DNA of 64,000 nucleotides from the human T2T-CHM13v2.0 reference genome, Homo sapiens: NCBI RefSeq assembly GCF_009914755.1, contig NC_060930.1. One strand, given 5' to 3'. The position numbers and the translations under genes are program-made. Numbering within the stretch: position 1 is the stretch's first letter; every line of letters begins with the position of its first letter. Below, piece by piece: positions 13,582 through 28,320 of this stretch. Under the pieces are notes generated by a model. It saw only the letters and a list, made by a program, of their open reading frames with translations, did not search any database and was not told where the DNA came from.

Positions 13582-14220
13582 CTGTTTGTGAGTTAACAGC
13601 CAGCAAAAATATAAGCATTATCTTTGTTATTATTTCCTCAGATGTTTTACTTTTCCAGCAACAAATGAGTTATGTTAACACTCTTGACATTCCTGACAAA
13701 ATGCAAGCTCTTAAAGGGCATGATTGATATCTTACTCCTCTTTGTACTTCCCATTGCACCCCTAGTGTATCTTACATACAATAATCCATATTTGTAGAAT
13801 ACATGAATGAATTAATCAACTAAAACCTAATGGTTAGAACAATTATTCTGAATAGAATGGCAAGTTCATTCCTCCCCTTCATGTCTAAAAGGAGTTTAGA
13901 AGTGCTCCTTTCCAAAGAAAAAAGAAAATTTTCCTGAGCTCCTTCTGCAACAATATTTCATCTCCATCTTGAGGTGCTCGCTTTTCAGATTGGGCACCTC
14001 TGCTGGAGTTCTTCGGGGTGTGAGGTTCCACATGCAACAGCTTTGCAAGGGAGAAGAGGAAATTCTCCTACCAAAGAAACAACGTATGTGTGAAAGGTAC
14101 ATTTCTGCTAAGTTAAGGATCAACCCCAAAGATATGGCAAATGAGAGCATTATTAAAATGGCCACCATGATCTCCCTCTGAGACATTGCATCAACTGAAA
14201 GAGGAACTGTAGCACAATAC

Positions 14221-14313
14221 CTGGAAATATAGAATAATGGTCCACATCAATCCAAGAACTATTGAGGGTCGGCCATCAGCTATATCGGTGGAGTTAATGT
14301 TGACTAATTTAAT
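14221..14313 (-). CDS. SYNE1: SYNE1 coding exon (IKLVNINSTDIADGRPSIVLGLMWTIILYFQ), CH1 end/ABS2, 93 nt
   Basis: Acceptor TTTAAACAG, donor CAG|GTATTG. Actinin-type actin-binding signature. Confidence 0.97.
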
Positions 14314-14780
14314 CTGTTTAAAAAAGAGAAACTGTACTAGTAATGTACTAGAATATTATAACTCATTTAATTATGTAACAATTAGGCCTTTAGTAGACAT
14401 CAATAAGATTTGATCATGCCTATGTAATAGTACATGGGAGTAAGTAGAGTGAGGCACCGAAACAAACAAGCACAAGGTTTCAGTGAAAATTTCAGGGGGA
14501 TTTGTTAGGTGTACAAAGTAAAAACTATAAAATGGATTTCAGAAACTTCTTTTGTTTAAAGTTGAAAAAATATAACATGCAGGCAATTACCAACAAAAAT
14601 GTCAAACAGAAAAAAAATGTTATTATTTATATTTAGAGGTTGACTGGAGCTTAAAAGAAACTGCAATGAGAAGTTTAAGAAGATGCACTTACTTTGAAGT
14701 TTGTTACCAAATAGCAGGTAACTTATGTTCCCTTTTACCTATAAAAATCAGGAGTTAAGAATTCTAAAATTTGTACTAAC

Positions 14781-14801
14781 CGGTGATCCTCTGTGCATGG
14801 A
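14781..14801 (-). CDS. SYNE1: SYNE1 alternative 21-nt microexon (SMHRGSP)
   Basis: CTTTGTTTTTCATGTCAG|TCCATGCACAGAGGATCACCG|GTTAGT, phase 0-0. Agrees with the recalled K->KSMHRGSP nesprin-1 isoform variant. Confidence 0.9.
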
Positions 14802-16177
14802 CTGACATGAAAAACAAAGGGAGAAGATAATAGATATACATAAATCATCTTTCAAAATCAGCATTATTTGTTCAAAGGGAATAAAGAGGTAGGTAGTCAG
14901 TTTAGAACCTGACTGTGGTAATACGTTTTAAAGAAAAACAAAGGAAAGGCAAGAAATAGCAAAACAGAGCCTATTAGCATTCAGTTCCCTACTTTTGGGT
15001 GATGACATATAAAGCATTAAGGAGAGACGTCAATCTATGTACAATTGACCCAAATTATTCATGCTAATGTTTTTCATCCACTACAAAGTTGTTTGCTAAG
15101 TCCCAACAAAATGGACTTACATGGTTAAGTCTATCTCATTCAATTTCTATAGCCTACCATCAAAAACATCCTTTTAATAATTCCTAACAAATGAAAACAA
15201 ATAATAATAAAGTACCCTTCAGACCTCTAGCTCAATAATTCTCAGCCAAGATTTCATGAAGTGTGTTATTAATAAAAAGCTCAGATGTTTGTACATTTTT
15301 TTTATTTAAATTTGTGTCAGATGCAAAATCATTTCACAAATACTTTACTCTTGAAAGTTTAAATTTACTAGTTTTACATCACAGAGGTGGAGTAAAAGCT
15401 AGCACAAAAATCATTGTAAATGATTTGAGATATACCTATGGGATTTTTGTCTCACTGGTGAAGTTCATTCATCAGGTTCAATGACAAAAAATAAAAATTG
15501 AGAACTGGTATAGATTACAAACTTGTATATCTACTTCCTTTGAATCAATCAGTATAAGACGTTTAAGATATCTTTATGGAAAATAAAGAACATCAATTTT
15601 TTTAACTTTTTATGAAAGAATCTACTATGATCTCTAGGATCATTTTGAGAGCTTCATTTTACAACTTCTCTAGAATTTTCTCCACATCCATTTTAGCATA
15701 CATACACAAAAAATTTATAATATATGCTAATATCCATAAGATTAATGAATTTCACAGGGGAAAATTTCTTCCTTTTCCTTGTGCATCATTTTTTAAAAAG
15801 TGCTATTGAATATAATTTGATTATCCTACCTCGACCCAGTTCCAATTGTACTTGAAATTGTACATTGTTAACATATTCAATTTATTACAGAAGCTAAAGG
15901 ATCTTTTGCCTAACTTGTGAAGAAAAATGTTTTTCATGATTATCTGCCCCAAAATGTGTTTCACAATGAGTTTAGGGAGCACAGGTTGGTTTGTCTGTTT
16001 ATTTAACCTCCCATCTCTTGCAAAATCCTATTGAACTTACAATACATTCTTAGTAGCCTAGGAGGGTAGGATGGGCAATAGAGACACATCCAAAGAGAAT
16101 GAAGAATTTCCAGAAGCCAGAAGGAAGATGGGACCATATTGACAGATAAAACCAGAGCAGAAGGATGTTGAGCCAGA

Positions 16178-16358
16178 TGTTCTCAAAGGGTGATTCCCAG
16201 AGTCGCAGCAAGCACGTCACCTGGAAACTTGTTAGAGATATAGAATCTGAGACTTCACCTTGGACCCATTAAACCAGAAACTAAGGAAGTGAGCCTCTGG
16301 AAAGTGTCTTAAAACCTTCAGGTGATTCTGATGCACATTAGTGCTTGAGAATCCTGGA
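16178..16358. mobile_element. MER5A-like hAT-Charlie DNA transposon
   Basis: tgttctcaaag...cacctggaaacttgttaga...caggtgattctgatgcac...ttgagaa, with terminal inverted ends. Confidence 0.75.
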
Positions 16359-16563
16359 CTAGACCATTGTACCTGGCCCATGTAATCTGGAGAAGTCTGA
16401 GTTATAAGACAGAGGCTTGAATGGAATGAATTATTATTTGTGTCCCTCCAAAATTCATATTTTGAAATGTAACTCCCAATGTGATTGTATTTGGAGAATG
16501 AGTCTTTAAAGAGATAATTGAAGTTAAATGAGTTCATAAGCATGGGGCCCTAATCTAATCAGA

Positions 16564-17880
<1,317 letters not shown>

Positions 17881-18095
17881 AATGAAGAGACGCCAAAGAT
17901 TGATCTTCCTCTCTACACTCACACAAAGAAAATGTCATGCAAGGACGCAAAGAGAAGGGAACTGTCTACAAGCCAGGAAGAGAAGCTTCCCCAGAAAACA
18001 ACCCTGAGGCACCTTAATCCTGGACTTCTTGCCTCCAAAACGCTGACAAAATAAATTTCTGTAGTTTAAGCCACCCAGTCTGTGATACTCTGCTA

Positions 18096-18503
<408 letters not shown>

Positions 18504-19786
18504 TCAGTAAACATCCATGTTACTAGCTTTTCTTCATAAATTTGAAAACTTAATGAATAAATCCATTACTGCTTTCCACTAGTTGCTTTCTACAATGAGG
18601 TATCAGGTACCTCATTCTCAACAATAATGCAAGTAGTCAACTGCCTGCCTTATTTAATACACAATTTAAAGGAATTTTAAACATTAATTACATTTTAATA
18701 AAAGTCCAGACAACTGGCTCTTCTTTGTAAATTAGAAAACCAGGGATCACAGTTCTTGCAGTTCACTGAGGTTACTTTAGTTGGAACTATTTGCTCCCCT
18801 CTTCCAGACAGGACGCAGGACCACTCAGTTCTCCTGTTACCACAGTTAGCCTGGAACTCACCTCATTCCTTTACATCACCTTTCTGGACCTCACAGGAAT
18901 CTGAATTTATGTCCCCTGTCTGCACTATGATGGTCAGTGGTTGGCTCCCTGTATTACTGTGCTGAATGATCTGCCTGACACCTCATTGGAGAAAGAAACT
19001 TGTGGCAAATGGTGATGAATCTGTTCACCACAGTTACATTTACACATTTCTCATCAGATTCTTACATAAGTTTTTTCAATAGCCCTGCAAATAAGAGAAA
19101 AGCTAAGGACACTGTTAGGGTTTCCCCAGTAAAATGAGGAATACCTTCATTATTCCCTAAGTCAAACTAAATAAGAATAAAAGGATTAAATAAATGTCCT
19201 GTTATCAAAAGAAAAAAAATCCAAATGGAAGACAAAGTCAATACAAAGATCAAAGACAAATTTCTAAAAATATGATTGAGACATAAGTTTTAACTTGTAA
19301 AGATCAATGCTAAGATAATAAGTGGGAGGGCACTAAAGAACCCTCCAAAACTCATTACTTCCCACAGGCAAACATTTTGTGAGGCCGTAGGATACAGAAG
19401 TGCAAGAGAGTGTGGCCGACAAGAATGTTTCAGGGAGATGTGGGGAGGAGGTGACTTTAAAAAGATTAAGAGACTTGTGGGGAAAAAAGAGAAATTCTTT
19501 CATTTTGTTCTGATTCTCAAGACACTACTTTTGGTGCTTAGCAAATATATTTAAACTTTATTTTTTTTACTTTGGGTTGTTCCGTGAAAATGGACATTGT
19601 GAAAACAAGTCTTCTTTATAAACAATGCCTTTCATAGGTGAAGTTGTTAAAGTTTTCGCCAAGGCTTCCAAGTTAATAAGAGGAATTTTGTTTTTGTATT
19701 CCAGCCAATCAATATAACTCAGAATGAAGTAGGACACTGTTGTCATACAGCTGAAATGGGAGAATGAATGACCTGAAAAACTCTAT

Positions 19787-20096
19787 CTTTATTTTTTATT
19801 TTTATTTTTTTTAAGAGAAAGAGTCTTGCTCTGTCGCTCAGGCTGGAGTGTGATCACAGCTCACCGTAGCCTCAACCTCCCAGGCTCAAGAGATCCTCCC
19901 ACCTCAGCCTCTCGAGTAGCTGGGACCATAGGCGCATGCCACCACATCTGGCTAATTTGTTTGTTTGTTTGTTTGTTTAGAGACAAGGTCTCACCATGTT
20001 GCCCAGGCTGATCTCAAACTCCAGGGCTCAAGCCATTCACCTACCCTTCCCTCCCAAAGTGCTGGGATTAGAGGTGTGAGCCACTGCATCTGGTCC
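19787..20096 (-). mobile_element. AluJ
   Basis: Reverse Alu with J diagnostics (gatcacagctcaccgtagcctcaacctcccaggctcaag). Confidence 0.88.
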
Positions 20097-21444
20097 TGAA
20101 AAACTCTAAATATCCTGTTTAACAAGGCTTCATTCAGCTTTCAATGAAAAATTAATGAAGGGTGAGCAGAAAGAAGAGAAACCCTTCAATAAGAATGAGA
20201 TTAGTGTGATCTGGAAACACTGCCTGATATTGCATAAGAAGCTAAAATTGTTTTGCACACTATCCTAATGCCTGGAATCTCTCTTGGGCATGAAATTTGC
20301 ACAATTGACTGAAATGTATACTGATTCATTGCATTACCAACTTATCAACAATGTAGATTATTTAAGGGCTAGAATCTAAGTTTTCTGTAAATTTGTATTT
20401 TCTAGAGTTCCTGTCTTATAGAAAGTCATCAATTATGCATTTGTAATCTAATTAATTCAGTGCATATAAACTGAGAAGGAAATAACTGAATGGGTCTATT
20501 TTCTAGGAGTATCTGGATCTCCATTTATAAAACTAGTTTTGGTATTACTAAGCACAGGCTTCCTCAATTCCCACAAATTAGAAAAGGCTAAATGTAAGAG
20601 GATTGGTGCAACCCTTTTGGAGGGAAATATGGTAATATCTACCAGAATTACATGTGCATTTACCTTTTGACTTAGCAAGCACACTTCTAGAAATTTACCT
20701 AGGAGATACACCTCCAATTATATGGAAGCACTTATGCACATAGTTATTAACTGCATCATTGTTTGTGTTTTAAAAATACTAGAAACAACCCAATTCCCAT
20801 TCATAAGAGAGTGGTTGAATAAACTATGGCATATCTAGGCAATGGGACACTGTGTAACTGTAAAAATGAGTAGAGAAATCACTATGAACTGATGTGGGAT
20901 GATTTCCAGGACATATTGATAAGTGAAAAAAGCAAAATGCATTTATGGTATGCTATCCTTCATGTAAGAAAGACGGGGATATATGAAAACACATCTTATT
21001 TGTGGAAAAAATGCAAAATGTATGTCAGAAACTAGAGAGACTGGTTATCTAAAGGTAGGAAATGCAGTTAGAGGCAGGGAATGAGAATGGAGTAGTAGGG
21101 ATGAGAAAGGAGTTTGACTTCTTTAAATAAAACGTTTATTATTTTAGAACCATAACAATGTCCCACTCTTTAAAACAAATAAAATCGACCAGGATGGGGG
21201 TGGGGCACAAAATAGAACACAAACAACAACAAATGAACCTATCTCTATAACAGATAATGACATAATCCCACTGACGGGGATGGGGAAGAATAGAACTAAC
21301 CTAAGAACATTTCAAAAATAGTTTTTTGACTGGATACTGTAATGCTAAAGACAAAAAGAACTACACACAAATCCTGTTCTCTAGTTTGTAAATCTGTTTC
21401 TCACAGGGGCATGGGTTAGTGACATACTAGATGTGTATACTAGG

Positions 21445-21863
21445 TGATATAGTTTGTATACATGTCCCCATTCAAATTTCATATTGAAATGTGATCCCCA
21501 ATGTTGAAAGTGAACCCTGGTGGGAAGCGATTGAACAGGAGGGCGAGTTCTTATCAATAGTTTAGCACCATCCCTCTTGGGTACCCTCCACACAATAGTG
21601 AGTGAGTTCTCGTAAGACGTGGTTGTTTAAAAGTGTGCAGCACCTCGCCCCTTGCTCTCTTGCTCCTGCTCTGGCCATGTGACGTCCCTGCTCCCCTTCT
21701 CCTTCCGCCATGATTGTAAGCTTCCTGAGGCCTCTCCGGAAACTGATGCCAGAGCTATGCTTCCTGAGCAGCCTGCAGAACCATGAGCCAATTAAACCTC
21801 ATTTCTTTATAAATTACTCAGTCTTGGGTATTTCTTTATAGCATGTGAGAATGGACTAACACA
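21445..21863 (+). mobile_element. MSTA/MSTB solo LTR
   Basis: TG...CA ends (tgatatagtttg...ggactaacaca) and an exact 5-bp TSD ctagg (21440-21444/21864-21868). Confidence 0.9.
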
Positions 21864-22137
21864 CTAGGGTTGAAAAAATAAGTAAATATATTGTAGATGA
21901 GAGTAAGCCTTCTCATTATCAGAGAAAGCAGAAACAAGGACATAAGGCCAGAGTAAAACTTGCAGTGTTTAACTTGAATCAGAGGTATTAGTCTGAACTA
22001 ATGTTTTACCCACACGTGCGAGAAGCTACATATGTATATGTGTATATACATGTACACACATACAGAGATAGAGAGAGAGAGAGGAGAGAGAGAGAAGCAC
22101 AGATATATGTATATATATGAGTTAATAAACATATACA

Positions 22138-22373
22138 ATTGAACAATGAGAGCACATGGACATAGGAAGGGGAACATCACCCACCCGGGACTGTTGTAGG
22201 GTGGGGGGAGCGGGGAGGGATAGCATTAGGAGATATACCTAATGCTAAATGACAAGCTAATGGGTGCAGCACACCAACATGGCACGTGTATACATATGTA
22301 ACAAACCTGCACGTTGTGCACATGTACCCTAAAACTTAAAGTATAATAATAATTTAAAAAAAGAAAATAAATA
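22138..22373 (+). mobile_element. Young L1PA, 5'-truncated 3'UTR
   Basis: ggagatatacctaatgctaaatgac...catgtaccctaaaacttaaagtataat plus A tail; TSD aataaacatataca (22124-22137/22374-22387). Confidence 0.92.
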
Positions 22374-23668
22374 AATAAACATATACATTTTCTAATCTAT
22401 TTGCTGAGAGGGCCTAGGAGAAATGATGCCCCAGTAGCAATGAAATACTTAGCATTTAGATCTTGGTTTCTAAATGCCACTCATCACTAAAAGGAACGAA
22501 GCCTCTTTAGAGAAGTGGTTGATTCCAGGACTGGGGAGGGAAAATTTAAGAAAAACCTGGAATATCTGTAGTTCTAGCAAATAAAAATCTGCTTGAAAAA
22601 TTATGAGCCAATATTAAAAAGGTACAGGTGCAAGCCTGAAGGAGCTCTTAGCGGTCAAAGCTAGAACAATTTGAGTGACAAAATAATAACAATGAGTATA
22701 ATGATGAATTTTAACTACGTAACAAAATAAATATACATGTGTCCCTACTGGAATAAATAATTGAATAAATAAGTAAATTGTGGGGGAGGACATCTTTTTC
22801 TTACAGAACAATTCCAATTAATAAATATAGAAGGAATGAGGAAAACAGAAAATCATTAGGCAAGTAGCACAGAAATAATTATTGAAGGCAATGGATACTA
22901 AAATCAGTGAGCAAAAGTTTGAGGAAAAGCAGAAACTTAGCATAGTCTCAATTATCTCTCCTAAGTTATTTCCCAACTATAAAGGGAAAAACAGTGACTC
23001 TACCATAGGAAAGCATGGCAGACACCACATTACCAAGTATTCAAAGTTAATGTAACCAGTAATAAGACATATCAGCACCCTACATTTACTAATATGGTGC
23101 ACTGGGAAGAATATGACATCACTTTCTTGGGACTTTTTCCAAAAATGTCTAAACTCAACCTAATCACGAGAAAATATCATACAAACTGAAATTGAGAGAC
23201 ATTATGCAAAATAACTGACCAGCAGTTATCAAAAGTGTCAAGGTCATGAAAGACAAGGAAAGAATGAAGACCTGTCATAGAATGGAAGACACAACTAAAT
23301 GTAAGATGTGATACTAGAGTGGATCCTGGAACAGACACAGACAATAGAGGGAACATTGATGAACTTGGACTAATGTCTATGTTTTAGTTAATAGTATCAT
23401 CCCAATTTTAATGTCCTTACTTTGATAATTGTATTATGGTTATGTAAGCTCTTAACACTAGACACTGAAATGAACTGTAGAAATAAAATTTCTTTTTTGC
23501 AACTTCTCCATAAATCTAAGAGTATTTTATAATACAATGATATTGTATGTCTAGGCTGTATAGATTACATGCCATCCTCCTATCTGACTACAGATAGGAG
23601 CCAATACTGAAAACATAAGTATGCCCACACCTTCTTCCTTGGGCATTTTGTTTTTGTTTCTCTCTTAC

Positions 23669-23752
23669 CTTTCTTCCTTCGAGGAACTTGAGTGCCGTGC
23701 CAATGTTAGCCACAGCATGGATTCGCTTCATCCGGCGTCCTTGTTCACAAGG
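23669..23752 (-). CDS. SYNE1: SYNE1 coding exon (PCEQGRRMKRIHAVANIGTALKFLEGRK), CH1, 84 nt
   Basis: Acceptor CTTTTTACAG, donor AAG|GTAAGA, phase 0-0. Confidence 0.97.
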
Positions 23753-24099
23753 CTGTAAAAAGTGGGGTAAAAAAGGGAATGAGACAAAATCTGCATATTA
23801 AAATGTTAGTTATAAGATCTATTTAAATGGATTAAAAATATACTTGAAGAATATTCAAAAGCAACCAACATTGTTCACTTTCTATAAAGGTTAGCAAATA
23901 CATAAAGGGGTGTTCCCCATGGCACTCTGAAGATATACTAATTCACTCAATAAGTGCATTCATTCTCAGATTATCTGTCAATGCATTTGCCTTTTAGTCT
24001 TCTGTATGTCTAAGAGCAGAAATTATTTACTGAGACCTCTGTTAGACACGACACAGTCTCATCATTGGTCTGTGCACAGCCCATTTATTTAGTTTATTA

Positions 24100-25285
24100 G
24101 TTAATTATTTTTAAAAATGTAAAACACACCCAGAACCTGCAACCTAAAACAAAGTCAGGACCCACAACTAAGTATGAAAGCCATATCCCAAAATATGACC
24201 ACCATTAATCCCATCCTCCTATCTGACTACATTGAGGGCACCCGTCATACTAACTCCAGTCTAGTGTTTGCCATTTTATAGAGATTCATTTCTTTCACAC
24301 GCTTTCTTAAAAAGAATGCTTAGTTTTTAATTTTATATGAAGAGCATCACTGTATTAATCATTTGAGACCTACTTTTCCACATTATATTGCTAAGATTCA
24401 TCATATCATTGCCTTTCACTGTATTTCATTCATTTCAAAAGCTACATAATGTGCTATTTCTATACTCTTCTTCTGATATGAATGTGCTATTTCCAGGTTA
24501 TTGATATTTTGATATGTTGATGATTATTCTTGTACTTCTCACCTTTTGTACAAGCACAGTTTCTCTTGGACATGTACCTGAGAGTAGAATTGCTGAGTCG
24601 AAGGGAATGTGACTTCCATTTGTAAAGTAATATCAAACTCTCCTAAAATGGTTGTACTACTTTTTATTCTGATCAGCATTGCAAAAATAATCCTGCTAAT
24701 CTGTATCCTCTCCAACATTTGATTTTGACAGATACCTTAAACATACTTTTTTCAATTGAATATATGTAAAATGTATATGTACTCTTTTTCACTGCAGTCT
24801 CCATTTACATTTCCCTGATCAGCAGCAATGGGGACTTCTCCTCCTCTGTTCATTGGTGATGTGAGTTTCTTCTGCAAAATGCCTTTTCACATCTGTTGCC
24901 CAGGTTTTCCTTTGGGTTGTTTGCACCCATATTGTTTTGAAGATGTATTTTATATATTCCTGATTTAATCCTTTTACAACATGAATTGTGAATATCTTCA
25001 ACAAGTTTGTAACTTCTGCCAGTTGTTTTAAAGGTTTTTAATTTTTAAGATAGTCTTAATTTTAATATATTAAATATAGCAATCTTTTATTGTCAATATT
25101 TTTGTGTCTTATTGAATAATTGTTTTCCTATCCCTGTGTCTAAAACATATTCACCCATGTTTTCTAAGAGTTTAGAGTGTTACTGTCAGTAGGTCCTTAA
25201 TTCATGTAGATTTAATTTTTGTATAGGCCATGAGATAAGAATTCAATTTTACCTTTTTCTGCTAGAATGAACTTAATTTCCTGTT
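24100..25285 (-). mobile_element. Very old L1ME-like fragment
   Basis: Diverged reverse L1 3' motifs (gagagtagaattgctgagtc, atcctctccaacattt). Confidence 0.55.
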
Positions 25286-27580
25286 CCATTTTTTTTAACT
25301 TCAATAACTTTTAGGGTACAATTGGTTTTTCGTTACATGAAGGAATAATATAGTGGTGAAGTCTCAGATTGTAGTGCACCTGTCACTCAACATTTAGTTT
25401 TTGATCCCTCACCCCTCTCTTACCCTTATCCTTCTGAGTCTCCAAAGTCCATTATACCATTCTATATGCCTTCGTGTACCCATAGCTTAGCTCTCACTTA
25501 CAAGTGAGAATATATAGTATTTAGTTTTCAATCCTGAATTACTTCGCTTAGAATAATGGCCTCCAGCTCCATCCAAATTGCTGCAAAAGACATTATTTCA
25601 TTCTTTTTTTATGACTGAGTAGTATTCCATGGTTGTATGTATATCACGTTTTCTTTATCCACTCACTGGTCAGTGGCCACTTAGGTTGGGTCCATATCTT
25701 TGCAATTGTGAATTGTGCTGCTATAAATATCCGTGTGAGGTGTCTTTGAAATAATGACTTCTTTTCCTTTGGGTAGACACCCAGTAGTGGGATTGCTGTA
25801 TCAAATGGTAGATCTACTTTTAGTTCTTTAAGAAATCATACCGTTTTTCCATAAAGGTTGTATTAATTTACATTCCCACCAGCAGTGTATAAGCGTTCCC
25901 TTTACAACACTTCCATGCCAACATCTATTGTTTTTTGACTTTTTAATAATGGCGATTCTTGCAGGGGTAAGGTGGTATCTCATTGTGGTTTTAATTTGCA
26001 TTTCCCTGATGACTAGTTATGTTGTACATTTTTTCATGTGTATTACTTATTTGTATCTTGTTTTGAGAAATATCTATTCATGTCATTTGCCCACGTTTTG
26101 ATGGTATTGTTTGTCTTTTTTCTTGCTGATTTGTTTGAGTTCCTTGTAGATTCTGAACATTAGTCCTTTGTCAGATGCATAGTTTGCAAATATTTTCTCC
26201 CATTCTATGGGTTGTCTGTTTACTCTGATGATAATTTCTTTTGCTTGCAGAAACTTTTTAGTTTAATTAGGTCCATTTATCTATTTCTATTTTTGTTGCA
26301 TTTGCTCTTAGGGTCTTAGTAAAAAATTATTTGCCTAGGCCAATGTCTAGAGATTTTCTTCTAGTTTTTTTTTCTAGAATTTGTATGGGGTTTCAGGTCT
26401 TAGATTTAAGTATTTGAGCCATCCTGAGTTGATTTTTGTATAAGGCGAGGGATAGGGGTCCAGTTTCATTCTTTTACATGTGACTATCCAGTTTTCCCAG
26501 CACCATTTATTAAATAGGATGTCATTTCTTCAATCTACATTTTTGAATGCTTTGTCAAAGATCATTTGATTGTAAGTATTTGGCTTTATTTCTGAGTTCT
26601 CTATTCTGTTCCATTGGTCTATGTATCTACTTTTATACCAGTATCATGCTGTGTTGGTAACTATAGCCTTGTAGTATAATTCAAAGTCAGATAATGTGAT
26701 GCCTCAAATTGTTCTTTCTGCTTAGGATTGCTTTACCTATTTGGGGTCTTTTTTGCTTCCACGTGAATTTTAGAATTGTTTTTTCTAATTCTGTGAAAAA
26801 TTATGTTGGTATTTTGATAGGAATTGCATTGAATCTATAGATTTCTTTGGGCAGTATGGTCATTTTCACAACATTGATTCTTCCAATCTATGAGTATGAG
26901 ATGTGTTTCCATTTGTTTGTGTCATCTATTATTTCTTTCAGCAGTGTTTTGTAGTTCTCCTTGCGAGATCTTTCAACTCCTTGATTAAATATGTTCCTAG
27001 ATATTTTTTGCAGCTATTGTAAAAGGAATTGAATTACTGATACTGATATTATTCTCGGCTTGGTGGCTGTTGCTATATAAAAGTGCTACTGACTTGTGCA
27101 CATTGATTTTGTAACCTGAGACTTTATTGAATTTGTTTATCAAATCTAAGAATTTTAGAGGAGTCTTTAGGGTTTTCTAGGTATCCAATCACATCATCAG
27201 CAAACAATGATAGTTTGACTTACTCTTTTCCAATTTGGATGCCCCTTATTTCATTTCCTTGCCTGATTGTTCTGGCTAGGACTTCCAGTAATATGTTTAA
27301 AAGAAGTGGCAAAAGTGAGCATCCTTGTCTTGTTCCAGTTCTCAAGAGGAATGTTTTCAACTTTTCCCCATTCAGTATGATGTTAGCTGTGGATTTGTCA
27401 TATATGGCTTTTATTATTTTGAGGTATGTCCCTTCTATGACTAGTTTGTTGGGCTTTTTATCATTAAAAGATGCTAGATTTTATCAAATGCTTTTTCTAC
27501 ACTTATTGAGATGCCCATATAGATTTTGTTTTTAATTCTGTTTGTATGATGTATCACATTTATTGACTTGCATATGTCAA
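25286..27580 (-). mobile_element. L1PB-like, 3' 2.3 kb
   Basis: Reverse L1PB 3'UTR start (ttttagggtacaattggtttttcgttacatg) continuing into ORF2 RT sequence. Confidence 0.85.
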
Positions 27581-27815
27581 TAAACACTTAGAATGACACA
27601 TAAACTTCTTGAATACCTACATGAATATTCACATAAAGATTCCTTTAACCTTCAAGAAAATAGCTTAATTCAGGAGGATATATCTAAATGGCCAGTTATA
27701 TCAGGTAATCAAGGGAGTATGTATTTCAATCTAATGACTCCCACAACCTAATGCTTATCTAGTATCTTTAGCTAATGCATATGCCTATATACATTCCAAA
27801 TTGCCTGTTCATATA

Positions 27816-28320
27816 TGTCTAGCTTGATTCCTTCCAAAGCAGAGCTTGAGACAAGCACTTGGGTGCATGTAGCTTACTAGGGAGGTGATCCCAGGTGGCA
27901 AGAATGAGGATGTGTGGAGAGCGAGATGGGGAAGGAGGAAAAGCTAACAAAGGATGTGCTATTGAGGGTTACTGCTATTGGCAACTGGAACTCAGTCCCA
28001 CTGATGACTCTATGGGAACTCTATAAGACATGTGTAAAATATGCCTCAGAATCACCTGTCTCAGAATTACCCTGTAATTTTAGGGTGGAGCATTTATTCA
28101 TAGACTCCCATATCCATTGGTTGAGGGTCCCTTGGTACTACTAACTCCCCAACACTTCAAAGCTGCTCTGTGCAACTTGTGCCTTTAAGAAAAGCCCTGA
28201 GGCAGAAAGCCAGACAGATACTACGAGTGCTTGAAGAAAGAAGCTGTCAGAGTATATGGGAATGTCTACCACTGATGTAGCTGAGATGAGACATGGGGTG
28301 CCAGAAGCATCTGCTACCTG
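27816..28320. mobile_element. ERVL LTR (LTR16-like)
   Basis: Motif gcagagcttgagacaagcacttgggtgcatgtagcttactagggaggtgatcccagg. Confidence 0.5.

Larger units (their letters stand above)
20570..23530 (+). mobile_element. Old L1M (L1MC/MD-like) 3' region, interrupted by an MST LTR and an L1PA
   Basis: Diverged L1 ORF2 end and 3'UTR motifs (cacttctagaaatttacct, gttgaataaactatgg, gagagggcctagg...ccccagtagcaatga). Confidence 0.6.

Noticed and set aside
14161-14181. Perfect Kozak GCCACCATG on the plus strand
   Set aside because: It opens only a 4-codon frame (MISL-stop), antisense to SYNE1, with no promoter evidence.
13896-14186. 96-aa minus-strand intronic ORF with a hydrophobic N-terminus
   Set aside because: No recognisable homology and no convincing splice or start signals; a plausible chance ORF.
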